DNA from: Octopus bimaculoides
Taxonomy: Eukaryota
Reading direction: 5' to 3'
Assembly (NCBI RefSeq): GCF_001194135.2
Contig: NC_068990.1
Location: 86,920,451 to 86,954,192, forward strand
Length of the DNA stretch: 33,742 bases
The notes below the pieces were generated by a model. The model searched no databases and was not told the origin of the DNA. It worked only from the letters and a program-made list of their open reading frames with translations. Below, piece by piece: positions 1 to 10,854 of the stretch. The position numbers were made by a program, and so were the translations under genes. Each line of letters starts with the position of its first letter. The first letter of the stretch is position 1.

Positions 1-325
1 TATATATATATATAATTAAATATATATGCGTATATCAGTATATATATGTGTGTGTGTGTGTGTGTGAGTGTGCCTACATATTAACATACTATATGTGCAT
101 AGATGCAAACATACTTAGACGTGTGTGTATCTGGGTGTGTACGTGTGTGTACGTGTGTGTACGTGTACGAGTTGTATACGAGCGAAAAGACATACATCTA
201 ATCAATTAAACTTTAGGTTACACTCTAACAACCCACACCAGCCCTACTGCATCTCGGTCCTATATCAGATCGTTAAAAATTTCACGAAATTTAAATGTCT
301 ACTATTCACGGTTAGCGTATCGACT

Positions 326-416
326 ATGCATAACATTATCACAAGTATCACCACCACTACCACCACTACCACGACCGATCTGCAAATACCCGTTGCCACC
401 AACATCACCATATCTT

Positions 417-466
<50 letters not shown>

Positions 467-865
467 GCTACTGCTATTGCAACTGCTGCTGCTGCTGCTT
501 CTGCTACTACTGCGGCCACCACTACTACTACTGTTCTTACCATTAGGGCTATCACTTCCTCAATCAATATTATTTTCACCACGAATGCAACCACCACCAC
601 CACCACCACCACCACTACCACCACCTCCGCCAATATAACCATTAAGAACGCCACTTTGCCGTTGCTGCTATAATCACCAACTCCTCCTTTATTCGTTGCT
701 ATTACAACGAAATCTAAGTGGACCGCCATCAACACCACCACCGTTACCTTCATCGCCACCTCCACCTCAACGATGTGTACCGTCACCACCACCACCACCA
801 CCACCACCACCACCACCACCACCACCACACCGACCAACTTTACTATCATCAACTCTTAGCTATTG

Positions 866-912
<47 letters not shown>

Positions 913-1124
913 GCTACTACAACCACAACGACCACCGCCACCACAGCCAATACCTCTGGAGCTAGCTCTGTCACCACTGTCTAAAGTCACAACACTACAA
1001 CCACAGCCGTAACCTCCACCACATCCACCACCACCACTTCCATTATCACTACCACCACCATCACTCTCACCATAACCACCAACAGCACGACAATCATTCG
1101 CCATTATTTGAAAGCTGAAATTTA
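326..1124. repeat. Degenerate trinucleotide (ACC/ACT/GCT) low-complexity tract; Thr-rich on +, Val-rich on -
   Basis: Pure (ACT)n, (ACC)n and (GCT)n runs interleaved with degenerate units. The + Thr-rich phase is broken by stops at 671-673 and 982-984 and a frame change near 850-860. Confidence 0.8.
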
Positions 1125-1711
1125 AAGGCCAAATGCAATAACCAAATACACAACAATAAAGACGAAATTGAAAATTTGAATAAAAGCATTGAAAGGTTTT
1201 TTAAGAAATTTTAATGAAGAAACCAACCAAATGCTACGTTTAATTAAAAGTTTATTGTCTACACTGATATGTTTGGTATACCCTCACTCGCTACTATCTA
1301 AGTGCTTCGGTCTTTATTACTTTACAGAATAGCTAACGATATTTTCAATGTATCTGATGGTTTTGAATCGTAATTGTGCAATAAAATCTTATACAAGCTA
1401 TAGTTGCAGTTACTTAGCCACAGGTCAGGCATAACCAGGCTTTATCTATTTATTCATTTTGCTTTTCGTTTTCTCCACATACACAGTGAACCATGGCCAG
1501 CCTTTTCTCGTCAATTTTGGTGTTCCTTTTAAAGAGAGCAGGATTTGAATCAAGGGAGGGTATTTAAAAAGCATTTATTAGCATACAAACGTAATATGAT
1601 ATATATATATATATANNNNNNNNNNNNNNNNNNNNNNNNNNNNNNNNNNNNNNNNNNNNNNNNATGTATGTATATGTATATGGATATATTTTTTTCTTTT
1701 ATTCTTTTATT

Positions 1712-2084
1712 TGTTTCAGTCTTTTGACTGTGGCCATGCTGGAGCACCGCCTGTAAGTCGAACAAATCGCCCCCAGGACTAAGTCTTTCTAAGCCTAGTA
1801 CTTATTCTATCGGTCGCTTTTGCCGAACCGCAAGCTTCCGGAAACGTAGACACGCCAATATCGGTTGTCAAGCGATGGTGGGGGCCAAACACACGCACAC
1901 ACACACACACACACATAAATGACGGGCTTCTTTCAGTTTCCTTCTACCAAATCTACTCATAAGGCTTTGATCGGTCCGAGGCTATAGTAGGAGCCACTTG
2001 CCCAAGGTGCCACGCCATGGGACTGGATCCGGTACCATATGGTTGGTAAGCAAGCTGCTTACCACACAACCACTTCTGCGCCTA
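1712..2084 (-). mobile_element. tRNA-derived SINE, family 1, near full length with internal (CA)n
   Basis: The minus strand starts TAGGCGCAGAAGTGGTTGTGTGGTAAG (A-box-like), then GGATCCAGTCCC (B-box-like) and CCTTGGGCAAGT. Homologous pieces recur at 4761-4941, 17565-17680 and 31045-31155. Confidence 0.85.
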
Positions 2085-2640
2085 TATATATGCTTTGATG
2101 CTAAGTTGTGCAGCATCGATGAGGCTTGAAGTGCGTCGAACGGCTACCATTACGCCAAAAAGTATCGAATACTACTACCTATTGACATTCACTCAGGAGA
2201 ATCTTATGTTAAAAACTGTTTTTCATTATACACTTCTCGCCTATTCTATCTTGAGATTTGTCTATATTTATCTTTGCCTCGGGAAGTAAACGCCCTGAAA
2301 AAAGAGCTATATACAGTTGTCAATAAAATAATCCAGGTTCACCAAGATATATCGTGTCTTTCTCCAGTGTTTCTCCTTGAGGCTTGTTTGTTTTTATTGA
2401 AATCACTAAACATTGGCTACTGATTTTCATCTAAAATGAAGATAAATTAGCATCACTTGAATATAGTTTAATGTAGTTTATCTTAATTGTATTACTCTGT
2501 CAACTAAAGTAGATTTATTATGTGTTGGTATTATCACACTGTCTATTGGGTGTGCCTTTGAACTGAACGGGATTTAATTCACGGAGACATGTCTAGTAAG
2601 CAAATTGTATATACATGAACCAAAACATACAAATCTTCAC

Positions 2641-2659
2641 ACATACATACATACATACA

Positions 2660-2691
<32 letters not shown>

Positions 2692-2873
2692 CATACAAAC
2701 AATTATACTCTGTTGTTGATGTTGAAATTCCAATAAATGAGCCTGGGATCTAGGTTAGAAACCGGTTCTTTCTCTGTTGGCAAGAAATCTTGAAATAAAA
2801 CTGAATAATGACATACATACATACATACATACATACATACATACATACATACATACATACATACATACATACA
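2641..2873. repeat. (TACA)n arrays enclosing a ~105-bp dispersed repeat (2710-2816)
   Basis: The core CTGTTG.TGATGTTGAAATTCCAAT...GATCTAGGTTAGAAACCGG...GGCAAGA.ATCTTGAAATAA...GAATAAT.ACATAC recurs at 26881-26988. Confidence 0.85.
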
Positions 2874-3349
2874 TGGTGACTACTCCATCTTCACAGATGA
2901 TTGCTGTCTCTCCGAGGTCCTCTCGTTGTCAATGACATTTCTGACTTTTCGTCTAATATCTCGGAGATGCCTATTCAGTCTCTCTAGAGATCTACATGTT
3001 TTGGACCATGGGTGAAAAGCGAAAGTTGTAACACCCACTGCATTGATCGGATGAACCTGTGAGATATGATTGCTATGTACTGCCATATGTCACTTTAGAT
3101 GTGCAAGCTCTTTCACATACTACACACTTTGAATCATCCGGTCGAGGAGGAATGCATACAGTTGATATTTCATAGGGCTTCAGATGGTTGACACACCAAG
3201 CCTTAGAAAAAGTCACACGGCTACTTTTCACACCTCCAACAAATTATGCTCTTACTGAGTTCTGATGACAGCTCCTCCGAAGACAGCGCTTTAGGCTTTC
3301 GTACCCATGACGACCCTCTTCAAAATGCATGCATACGTACATACATACT

Positions 3350-4420
3350 TATGATTGTTGAATGAAAAGGAAGTCTAAGTATTCTGAGACAAAAATGAGA
3401 ATCATATCTGAAAAATTTAGAGTGAGCCAAAAGCAGTTATTCCCTACAATACATTTGTTGGTTTCAAGGAATATGGAGAGAAGTACTATGGGGTCGGATG
3501 AAGAGGTATATTTTCCCAATGGAATTAATTGAAGTACTGAAAAAAAACTATATATAAAAACATTGTGTAGTTCTGAACAGCATTGAAACATTCTTACAGT
3601 TTGGAATTGGGAAGTAGAGCTAGGAAGCTGCACCCATTATCACAAAGATTTTAAAATCTATTTCTATAAAAAAAAAAACTTGGCACATTCCCAAAAGAAT
3701 TTTGACGGCAGGGTAGAATTTGGCTGAAGAATGAACAGCAATCAAATGTTTATAGAAGTGGCTTATTTGTTAGCTGCGCTACTAAAAGTGAATTATCTCA
3801 TATCAGGAGAGAACTAGGCATCACTTTACGTAAATACAGAATGGAAATCAATACAGAAAAATGAGATATCATGATAACAGGAGAACAGCACGCGAAATAA
3901 ACAAATAACTGTTTAGCAATAAAAATGCATTTTAAGTCAATGACATTCAGCTGAGATCAGTGAACATATTCATTTACTTAAGCGCTAATCAACGAAAATA
4001 TAATGTGTAAAACGAAGATAAGGAGAGGGAATTGCAATAACACTTCCATTTAGCAAAGATGAACGAGCAACAGATTAAGGCTAATGCAATCAGTGATAAT
4101 CTTACGATAACTTTGTGACAGATGGATATTCTCAAAAACTATTGAGAAGAAACTATCAGCATTGAAACTACAATGGTTATAGCAATGGTTGAACTTGCAT
4201 GGGAAGACTACCGGACAACCAAATCAGTCTTAGAATAACCACAAACAACACACGCGCGCACGCCTTTGTGTAGCAGGTGATCGTTGCATTGACCATGACA
4301 GAAAAAGTTGTCATGGTGAAACTTGCTAAGTGGCCTGAGCAAAGTTGCAGAAAATCAACACATCCTCAGTAAACAGAATATATTTTAAAGAAAGCAATGG
4401 GGCAGTTCATGCAATAGTAA
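3350..4420 (+). mobile_element. Decayed RTE-clade non-LTR retrotransposon, reverse-transcriptase region (multiple stops and frameshifts)
   Basis: Manual translation across frames gives motifs in the expected RT order: MRIISEKFRVSQKQLF, TFVGFKE (cf. FIDFKK), VLWGRMKRYIFPMELIEVLKKNY, NLFL, FDGRVEFG*RMNSNQMFIEVAYLLA (aligns with G.V.IGGR.I.NLRFADDI.LLA, FADD decayed), RKYRMEINTEK*DIMITG, VNDIQLRSVNIFIYLSA, CKTKIRR, EKKLSALKLQW, AWEDYRTTKSVLE. Confidence 0.7.
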
Positions 4421-4623
4421 AAGAGTTGTAACGAAAATTACTCATTCATTATTAAATGCAGAGATTTTATTGGATTTTAAAATACAATGCGTATTGGAAT
4501 CTTATTTGATAATATAATTAATGCTAAAGGGATCACTTCTTTTCGCAATAAGGTTTAAATTTTTGTGAGAATGGTACAAGTACTGTGTTATTGGACGCCC
4601 AGGAAAGAAAGAAATGAAAGAGG

Positions 4624-4658
4624 ATTTTACGTTTCGAGCGGAGCACTTCATCAGAAAT
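4624..4658 (-). ncRNA. Minimal type-I hammerhead ribozyme motif
   Basis: Minus strand: AUUU-CUGAUGA-A-GUGC-UCC-GCUC-GAA-ACGU-A-AAAU. Stem I is AUUU/AAAU, stem II has 3 of 4 bp, stem III is the palindrome ACGU, and the cleavage triplet is GUA. Confidence 0.65.
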
Positions 4659-4715
4659 ATAGAAAAAGTCCAAAGAAAGGAAGACAGATAAAGAAAGTCA
4701 CCAACGATACACAAG

Positions 4716-4717
<2 letters not shown>

Positions 4718-4762
<45 letters not shown>
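4718..4762. repeat. (TA)n microsatellite
   Basis: Direct inspection. Confidence 0.95.
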
Positions 4763-4763
<1 letters not shown>

Positions 4764-4941
4764 GACAGTTTTCTTTCAGTTATCGTCTGCCAAATCCACT
4801 AACAAGGCATTCGTCGGCCTGAGACTATAGTAGAAGACAGTTTCTCAAGATGCCAAGCAGACTGAACGTGGACTCATGTAGTTGGGGAGCTTGTTTCTTA
4901 CCTGCGCCCCACACAGTCATACCTGCGCCCCACACAGCCAT
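4761..4941 (-). mobile_element. Diverged SINE family 1 head and body
   Basis: TACGACAGTTTTCTTTCAGTTATCGTCTGCCAAATCCACTAACAAGGCATTCGTCGGCCTGAGACTATAGTAGAAGACA aligns with 1919-1996. Confidence 0.8.
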
Positions 4942-5559
4942 TTCTATAAATAAATGCGTCGATGCATTTTCATGTGAATTCCATCAAATGCCCTACATTG
5001 AAACGAGAGTCGCAAGCAAAGCAAACTCTATATAGACATCAATAAATTGCTGAACTTCCGAATTCGTAAGATTTTTTAACGACTCAAAAATATATGGACC
5101 AACGCAAATTAATAGTTTATGTTCACCAACGGAATGCATATGTCTCCTACTCGTAGCGCTGAGAAATTCTGTTCTTCTTTTGGTGTCCTAAAGACATATA
5201 TACACACCTACGACGTGTGCTGACAGGCACACTGCCAGATTATCATCATCATTATTCTGCATTGCATTTAAAAGGCAATAAACATTTAAGTGTATATGAT
5301 CAAAACCGCAGATAATCAGCTGTACTAATGCATCTCATTAATTAGCACCGATCTTGCTCATTAATGAGCAATTTCAATTATAGATGTTTTTATGAATGTA
5401 TACAAGCTTGCGTTTGCTGGGAGTGGGCATAATTGTATGAAGTTATCATATTCCCTCCTGTTATTTTTAAACCTTTATAGAAATATCATCCGACCTTACT
5501 TAAAATATGTGTGTATATATATCTGGTTATAGAGCTTTGTATATAACACTGTTATCTGC

Positions 5560-5595
<36 letters not shown>

Positions 5596-5835
5596 TGTCT
5601 ATATTTATTGTTGTCAATAATGGAGAGGCGGAGTAAATCAATGGCATAGATTGTTTCTACATATCGAAGTGGTACCGTTTATGTGTGTCAGGGTCTGGGC
5701 GTGTTTGAAATTATATGTTTGTAATACTGTGTGTATATATAAAGCAATAATAAATCTCTGAACGAGGTATAAAGCTACAGTAACATTCACCCTTAGTTGT
5801 TGAGAAACGCATTTGCTGCATTTAAGTGGTAAATA

Positions 5836-5878
<43 letters not shown>

Positions 5879-5882
<4 letters not shown>

Positions 5883-5977
5883 GAATTTACCTGAAAACAA
5901 AAGACGAAGACGGGTGTGTAAACCAGATGTAGTAGTTTAACGCTCGGGAAGTGAGAAAGTATTTTACGTTTCGAGCC
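5879..5977 (-). mobile_element. Short TA-embedded element with the 3' half of a hammerhead motif
   Basis: Minus strand GCTCGAAACGTAAAAT (5961-5976) is identical to the 3' half of the 4624-4658 motif. The element is flanked by (TA)n on both sides. Confidence 0.55.
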
Positions 5978-6778
5978 TATATATATAAATATAAATATAT
6001 ATATCATTTATATAGATAGGGTGATAAATTGAATATTAATTCAATTTAAAACCAAGTGGCCTAGCATATAAAAAAATCTGAAAATTCAGAAAAAATTGTA
6101 TTACACCTGTATAAGGGATGACCACTGGATGGACATCCAATATGCTAGAAAGAGGTCATCAACCTCGTACTCATGCGTATGTTGCATATGCATATGTGTA
6201 CGTGTATGTGCATGTTTATGTATGCATGTGTCTAATGATTCCTGAGCTGGCTTATTGACTGGAATGTTCATTTATTTGTCTACTGTGTTAGAGAGATTGT
6301 AGCTGGTGTTTTTTCCAAGATCAGATTAGATCGAAAAGACCAATCATCAAAGAGTTTCCAATGTTGACTATCCCATGAATATTTTATGCGCTGAGAGCCT
6401 TGGATTACGTTAAATCAGCGACACCTTTTCCTTCAAACGATGGGAAGGAAATCTGAGAGATATTTCTTTGCTATTTCTAGCATGATAAGCGACTGCGTAG
6501 AGAGTTTATTTTTAAAAACACTAATTTGCTATTCCATTCAGGTTATGGCGAAGAAGAATTAGCCTATCGTTGAAGCTATACTGCAAACTATCAGAGGCGG
6601 AGAAAACGGGGAAGATGAGAGAAAAAGAAAGAAGGAAAGAGGGGAATAAATAAATAAATAAATAAATAAATAAATTAAAAAATGAGAGCCGAAGAAGGGG
6701 TGATAGATAGATAGATGCATACATACATAAATACATAGATACATGTATACATACATACATACATATATAAATAATAGC

Positions 6779-6784
6779 GAGAGA

Positions 6785-6841
<57 letters not shown>

Positions 6842-7083
6842 NNNNNNNNNNNNNNNNNNNNNNNNNNNNNNNNNNNNNNNNNNNNNNNNNNNNNNNNNNN
6901 NNNNNNNNNNNNNNNNNNNNNNNNNNNNNNNNNNNNNNNNNNNNNNNNNNNNNNNNNNNNNNNNNNNNNNNNNNNNNNNNNNNNNNNNNNNNNNNNNNNN
7001 NNNNNNNNNNNNNNNNNNNNNNNNNNNNNNNNNNNNNNNNNNNNNNNNNNNNNNNNNNNNNNNNNNNNNNNNNNNNNNNNNNN

Positions 7084-7136
<53 letters not shown>
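6779..7136. repeat. (GA)n / assembly gap / (GT)n
   Basis: Direct inspection; gap at 6842-7083. Confidence 0.95.
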
Positions 7137-7158
<22 letters not shown>

Positions 7159-7451
7159 TTTGCTTTACCTTTTTCCCATTTCTTTTACATTTAGCTTTTG
7201 ACTTCTTGGGATTCTGTTAACTTCAAGATGTAAATAATGGAATGTTTTTTTTTTGTTTGTTTGTTTTGTTTTCTTGATAAGGACGTTTCATTTTATAGGA
7301 GATTGCAATATCCTTCCGACCACCACCAACATCACTGCTACTAAAGCCACCACCACCACCACTACCACATCATAACATCAAAGGGACAACTTTAATCTAC
7401 TTCAGTGGTAGTAACTGCAGAAATCTATACAGAATTATATCGATAGCTTCA

Positions 7452-7740
7452 GTTACTTAGCCCTAGCTCATCCCTGATTTAGTGGATCTATTTTCAAAGG
7501 CGTTCCAGCCTTGACTATTCCGCTCGTTAATCATTTCTGACATATTGTGTGTGGAAGGGCTGCATAATTCATTTCTAATTGTTCGTTGCTTTAGCCCATG
7601 TCACCGTTGTTACATAACACCTATGATAAAAGTCGTCCCAGGTTCAATATAGCTAGAACAACATTATTCAAGGTGACCCTTCTTATTGTTGATTAAAGTC
7701 AGCCCTGATTCAGCACATTATTATTAAGCTATGATCAAGC
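7452..7740. repeat. Two to three degenerate copies of a TTAGCCC..GTCA.CCCTGAT..A....CTATGATCAAAGG..TTCCAGCC motif (probable retroposon remnant)
   Basis: Partial self-similarity among segments at ~7455, ~7589 and ~7697. Confidence 0.35.
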
Positions 7741-8669
7741 CTTATATTTTCGTAGTCTGATAGTCTTTGTTTTTGTTGTTGTTCTTGTCTTTTACCACAA
7801 ATCATTCCTAATCCAGTTGGTCAGGTATGCTAATCATGGCCCCACAGTCCTTACTTTTAGTTGCGATATATGTATGACTACATCACTTTGTATTTCCTTG
7901 CATGGTGTTTTCTTAAATGATTATTTGCATCACAACAGTAGATGTCAACGAAATAGCTAAATCATACACTAGTTTGACTTCGAATAATTCATGTAACGTT
8001 ACGATCAACATATTTACACTTTTCGCAATCAACATAGAAGCACATATACATTAAATATTAAAACCTCAAACTATGACGTCAAATGCAGATTAATATGTTT
8101 GCCAAACCGCATAATTATGACAAAAGTCTTTGCATGCTCTGCTTTCGTGAAGGTGTAGAATAAGATTATTTTCCAATTACGTTCTCTATTAAGATTTCAC
8201 TAATAAGATTTAGTAATTTCTTGTGCACATAAACAATTTGTAAAGTTCAGTTTAACCTTTATTCTGAGCAAATAATTGAAAATAGACCAAGAGAATGATG
8301 TATTCACTCATGCAACACCTTTCCGAATTAAAATATTTAGTTCACAAGAGAGTTTTCATCATACAAAGACCACACACAAGGCAGCTGATAACTTTCAACA
8401 AAGGCGTTTTCGTAGTAATTAAACACATATCTCTATTAATATTTAAATACTTCTGTTTAGATCGACCACTGTGCAACGATATTTCCCCCTTCTTTAACTG
8501 TACATATTTCTTCTCTTTTCTCAATCTATATTCTCGCTTATTGTCTATCTTCGCTACTTTTACACATCATTACGAACAACGTAAACACAATATTTGATCA
8601 ATGTTCTTCATTACAATACGATGATTCAAGAAGAGATATTATGGCGAATTTGTAATCGCGAACTTTTCC

Positions 8670-8723
<54 letters not shown>

Positions 8724-9748
8724 CATCCATATATGTACGTACAAATGTGTGTGTAAATACACACATACACACAGCACTCAGTTCTGTCTTGGTCGTTGTT
8801 ATTTATTAGTTCAATACATTAAAGTTCTTCTAATTATTGGTAATGTTGTCTTTGCTGTATTATATTAATGGTTTCATTATATATTTATATATATACTTAT
8901 ATGTATGCGTGTATGTATACGTATAGTTTAATGCATATATGCATACATACAAAAACACAGGCTCACAGGTGTATGTGTAGGTTTGAGTTTAGTATGTAAA
9001 GCGCTGTATGCAATGGCGAATAAGTGCATAATTATGAGACATATTTACATAATTTGGTAAATACAAAACACAAACTATACCGCACGCAGTCACACACACA
9101 GACACATACCTACACGCATACACACACACAGACTCACACATACACACCTACATACATACACATGACTGCGACTTGCAAATTCAATTTAGATATGGAGAAC
9201 TACGTTCTCAGTATATTGTTTCAATTAAAATTATCACGTGTATTTGCATAGCAATATGCAAATGTATACGATGTATGCGGGAGGGGGGTACACGCACGCG
9301 CGCGTACCTAATGCTGCATATTTGCGTAATATATATACATATTACACAAACACTTCTGCACAAAAATGAATAAATACACACACACATATATATATATATT
9401 TACAAGAATATATATACACAAACACACACACACAGACACTCGCACACATACACACACACATATGTATATTTACATAGACATATACTATGCTGGTTCTATA
9501 GAGAACATTTCTACTCAGCAGTCTGGATTACTGTTCCCAAATGTGGTCCCCCTACAGTGTCAAATTAATAGCGGAACTTGAGGCAGTTCAGTAGTGCTAC
9601 ACCAGGAAGATTCCATCAATGGAATTTTTTATTGTTAATCGTTGTTTTTTTTTTTGTTTTTGTTTTTTTTTTGTTTACACGCACTTTATGTGAATCTTCA
9701 CTGTAGTATCGTCCTTCGTTTCGTGTGAGTCCTTTGTGGCGGATAACG

Positions 9749-9936
9749 AATTATTATTTATTGTCTTTGCACAGCTTCTAAAGCTGGAGATGTATCGCGG
9801 TGCCAGCCGTTTACTACCAGTGAACTAAAGTAACACCCCTTATTTTTTGAGCACCATCCAGAGTATTCGAGCGGTTCCAAACAGTATTGTTTTCTGCAAG
9901 TGTTCCACCCTTATTGCAGCCCCTATTTGTTCTATC
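9749..9936 (-). mobile_element. R4/Dong-like non-LTR retrotransposon 3' end, copy A (5'-truncated)
   Basis: Minus translation IEQIGAAIRVEHLQKTILFGTARILWMVLKK* (stop 9840-9842) matches the LQK..LLGTA.ILR..L C-terminus of copies C and D. It has a short 3' UTR ending in AATAAATAATAAT and (TAA)n upstream. Confidence 0.7.
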
Positions 9937-9961
9937 ATTATTATTATCATCATCATCATCA

Positions 9962-10008
<47 letters not shown>

Positions 10009-10263
10009 GAGTAAGAAAGCAGCGCATGACATCAAAGTGACACTGGGGTACAAATATACGAAACCCAATATACCCTCTCAACTCATGGCTCTGATGCTCC
10101 CCCACTACTTCTGCTCAACTGGTTACGGTCAAACAGCTGACAAACAAATCTGTGGTACTGAGCAGATTATTTGCTGTAACCCATCAGTTTATACCAAGTC
10201 AAAACAATGTACACGATAACACTTCCAATTAGTTAAGCTCAGAAGTCGTACTGCATCCGGTCA
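10009..10263 (-). mobile_element. Probable retroposon 3'-UTR fragment between (TAA)n arrays, copy B
   Basis: Unique sequence bracketed by TAA arrays. It carries GTGTCACTTTGA like the A and D UTR motif. No coding similarity seen. Confidence 0.4.
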
Positions 10264-10276
10264 TTTATTATTATTA

Positions 10277-10356
<80 letters not shown>

Positions 10357-10359
<3 letters not shown>

Positions 10360-10830
10360 TAGTTTTATTTTTATAACGTGCTTTCACTTCACTACCGAGC
10401 GCAGCTCTGTGCGCCTTGGGTATGTGCTGTGGTTTGCTGTGGTGCTCTTATGTTTACTGTATTGAAAGTGTTTTGCGTAGAATGTGTGCAGTACCCAGTA
10501 GTGCAATTTTCTGTATGTTATATATATTTGTAAGTCCTGGTGTTTTTGTTATGTATTTGTCTGAATATTTTTTTATTATACCTAAGGCACCTACTATGAT
10601 AGGAATTGTTTCTGTTTTTAGATTCCACATTCGAGTTATCTCTATTTCCAGGTCTTTGTATTTTGAAAGTTTTTCCATTTCTTTTAGAGAAACGTTGTCA
10701 TCTGCTGGTATTGAAACATCAATTAGAAGGCATTTTTTCCTTCATGATCTTTGACAACTATATCTGGTCTATTTGCCTTAATTTCTCTATCTGTGTGTAT
10801 TGGCATATCCCAGAGTATGGTTGCTTTCTC
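10357..10830 (-). mobile_element. R4/Dong-like retrotransposon 3' end, copy C, with restriction-like endonuclease (RLE) domain
   Basis: EKATILWDMPIHTDREIKANRPDIVVKDHE / (1-nt frameshift ~10738) / KKCLLIDVSIPADDNVSLKEMEKLSKYKDLEIEITRMWNLKTETIPIIVGALGIIKK...IQKIALLGTAHILRKTLSIQ* (stop 10454-10456). It has the PD...D...K RLE motif, AATAAA, a (TAA)n tail, and (TAA)n at the 5' junction. Confidence 0.9.
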
Positions 10831-10854
10831 TCTTGTTATTATTATTATTATTAT

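Noticed and set aside
125-1104. Long ORFs (182, 195, 89 aa etc.) as host genes
   Set aside because: They are translations of trinucleotide repeats, open on both strands, with no domain and no evident splice context.
2878-2945. FTDD and GPLVVNDI on the + strand as RT motifs
   Set aside because: They are in different frames and in the wrong order relative to a real RT.
3262-3285. CTGATGA...CGAA hammerhead-like string
   Set aside because: It reads GAAG instead of GAAA, and stems I and II do not pair.
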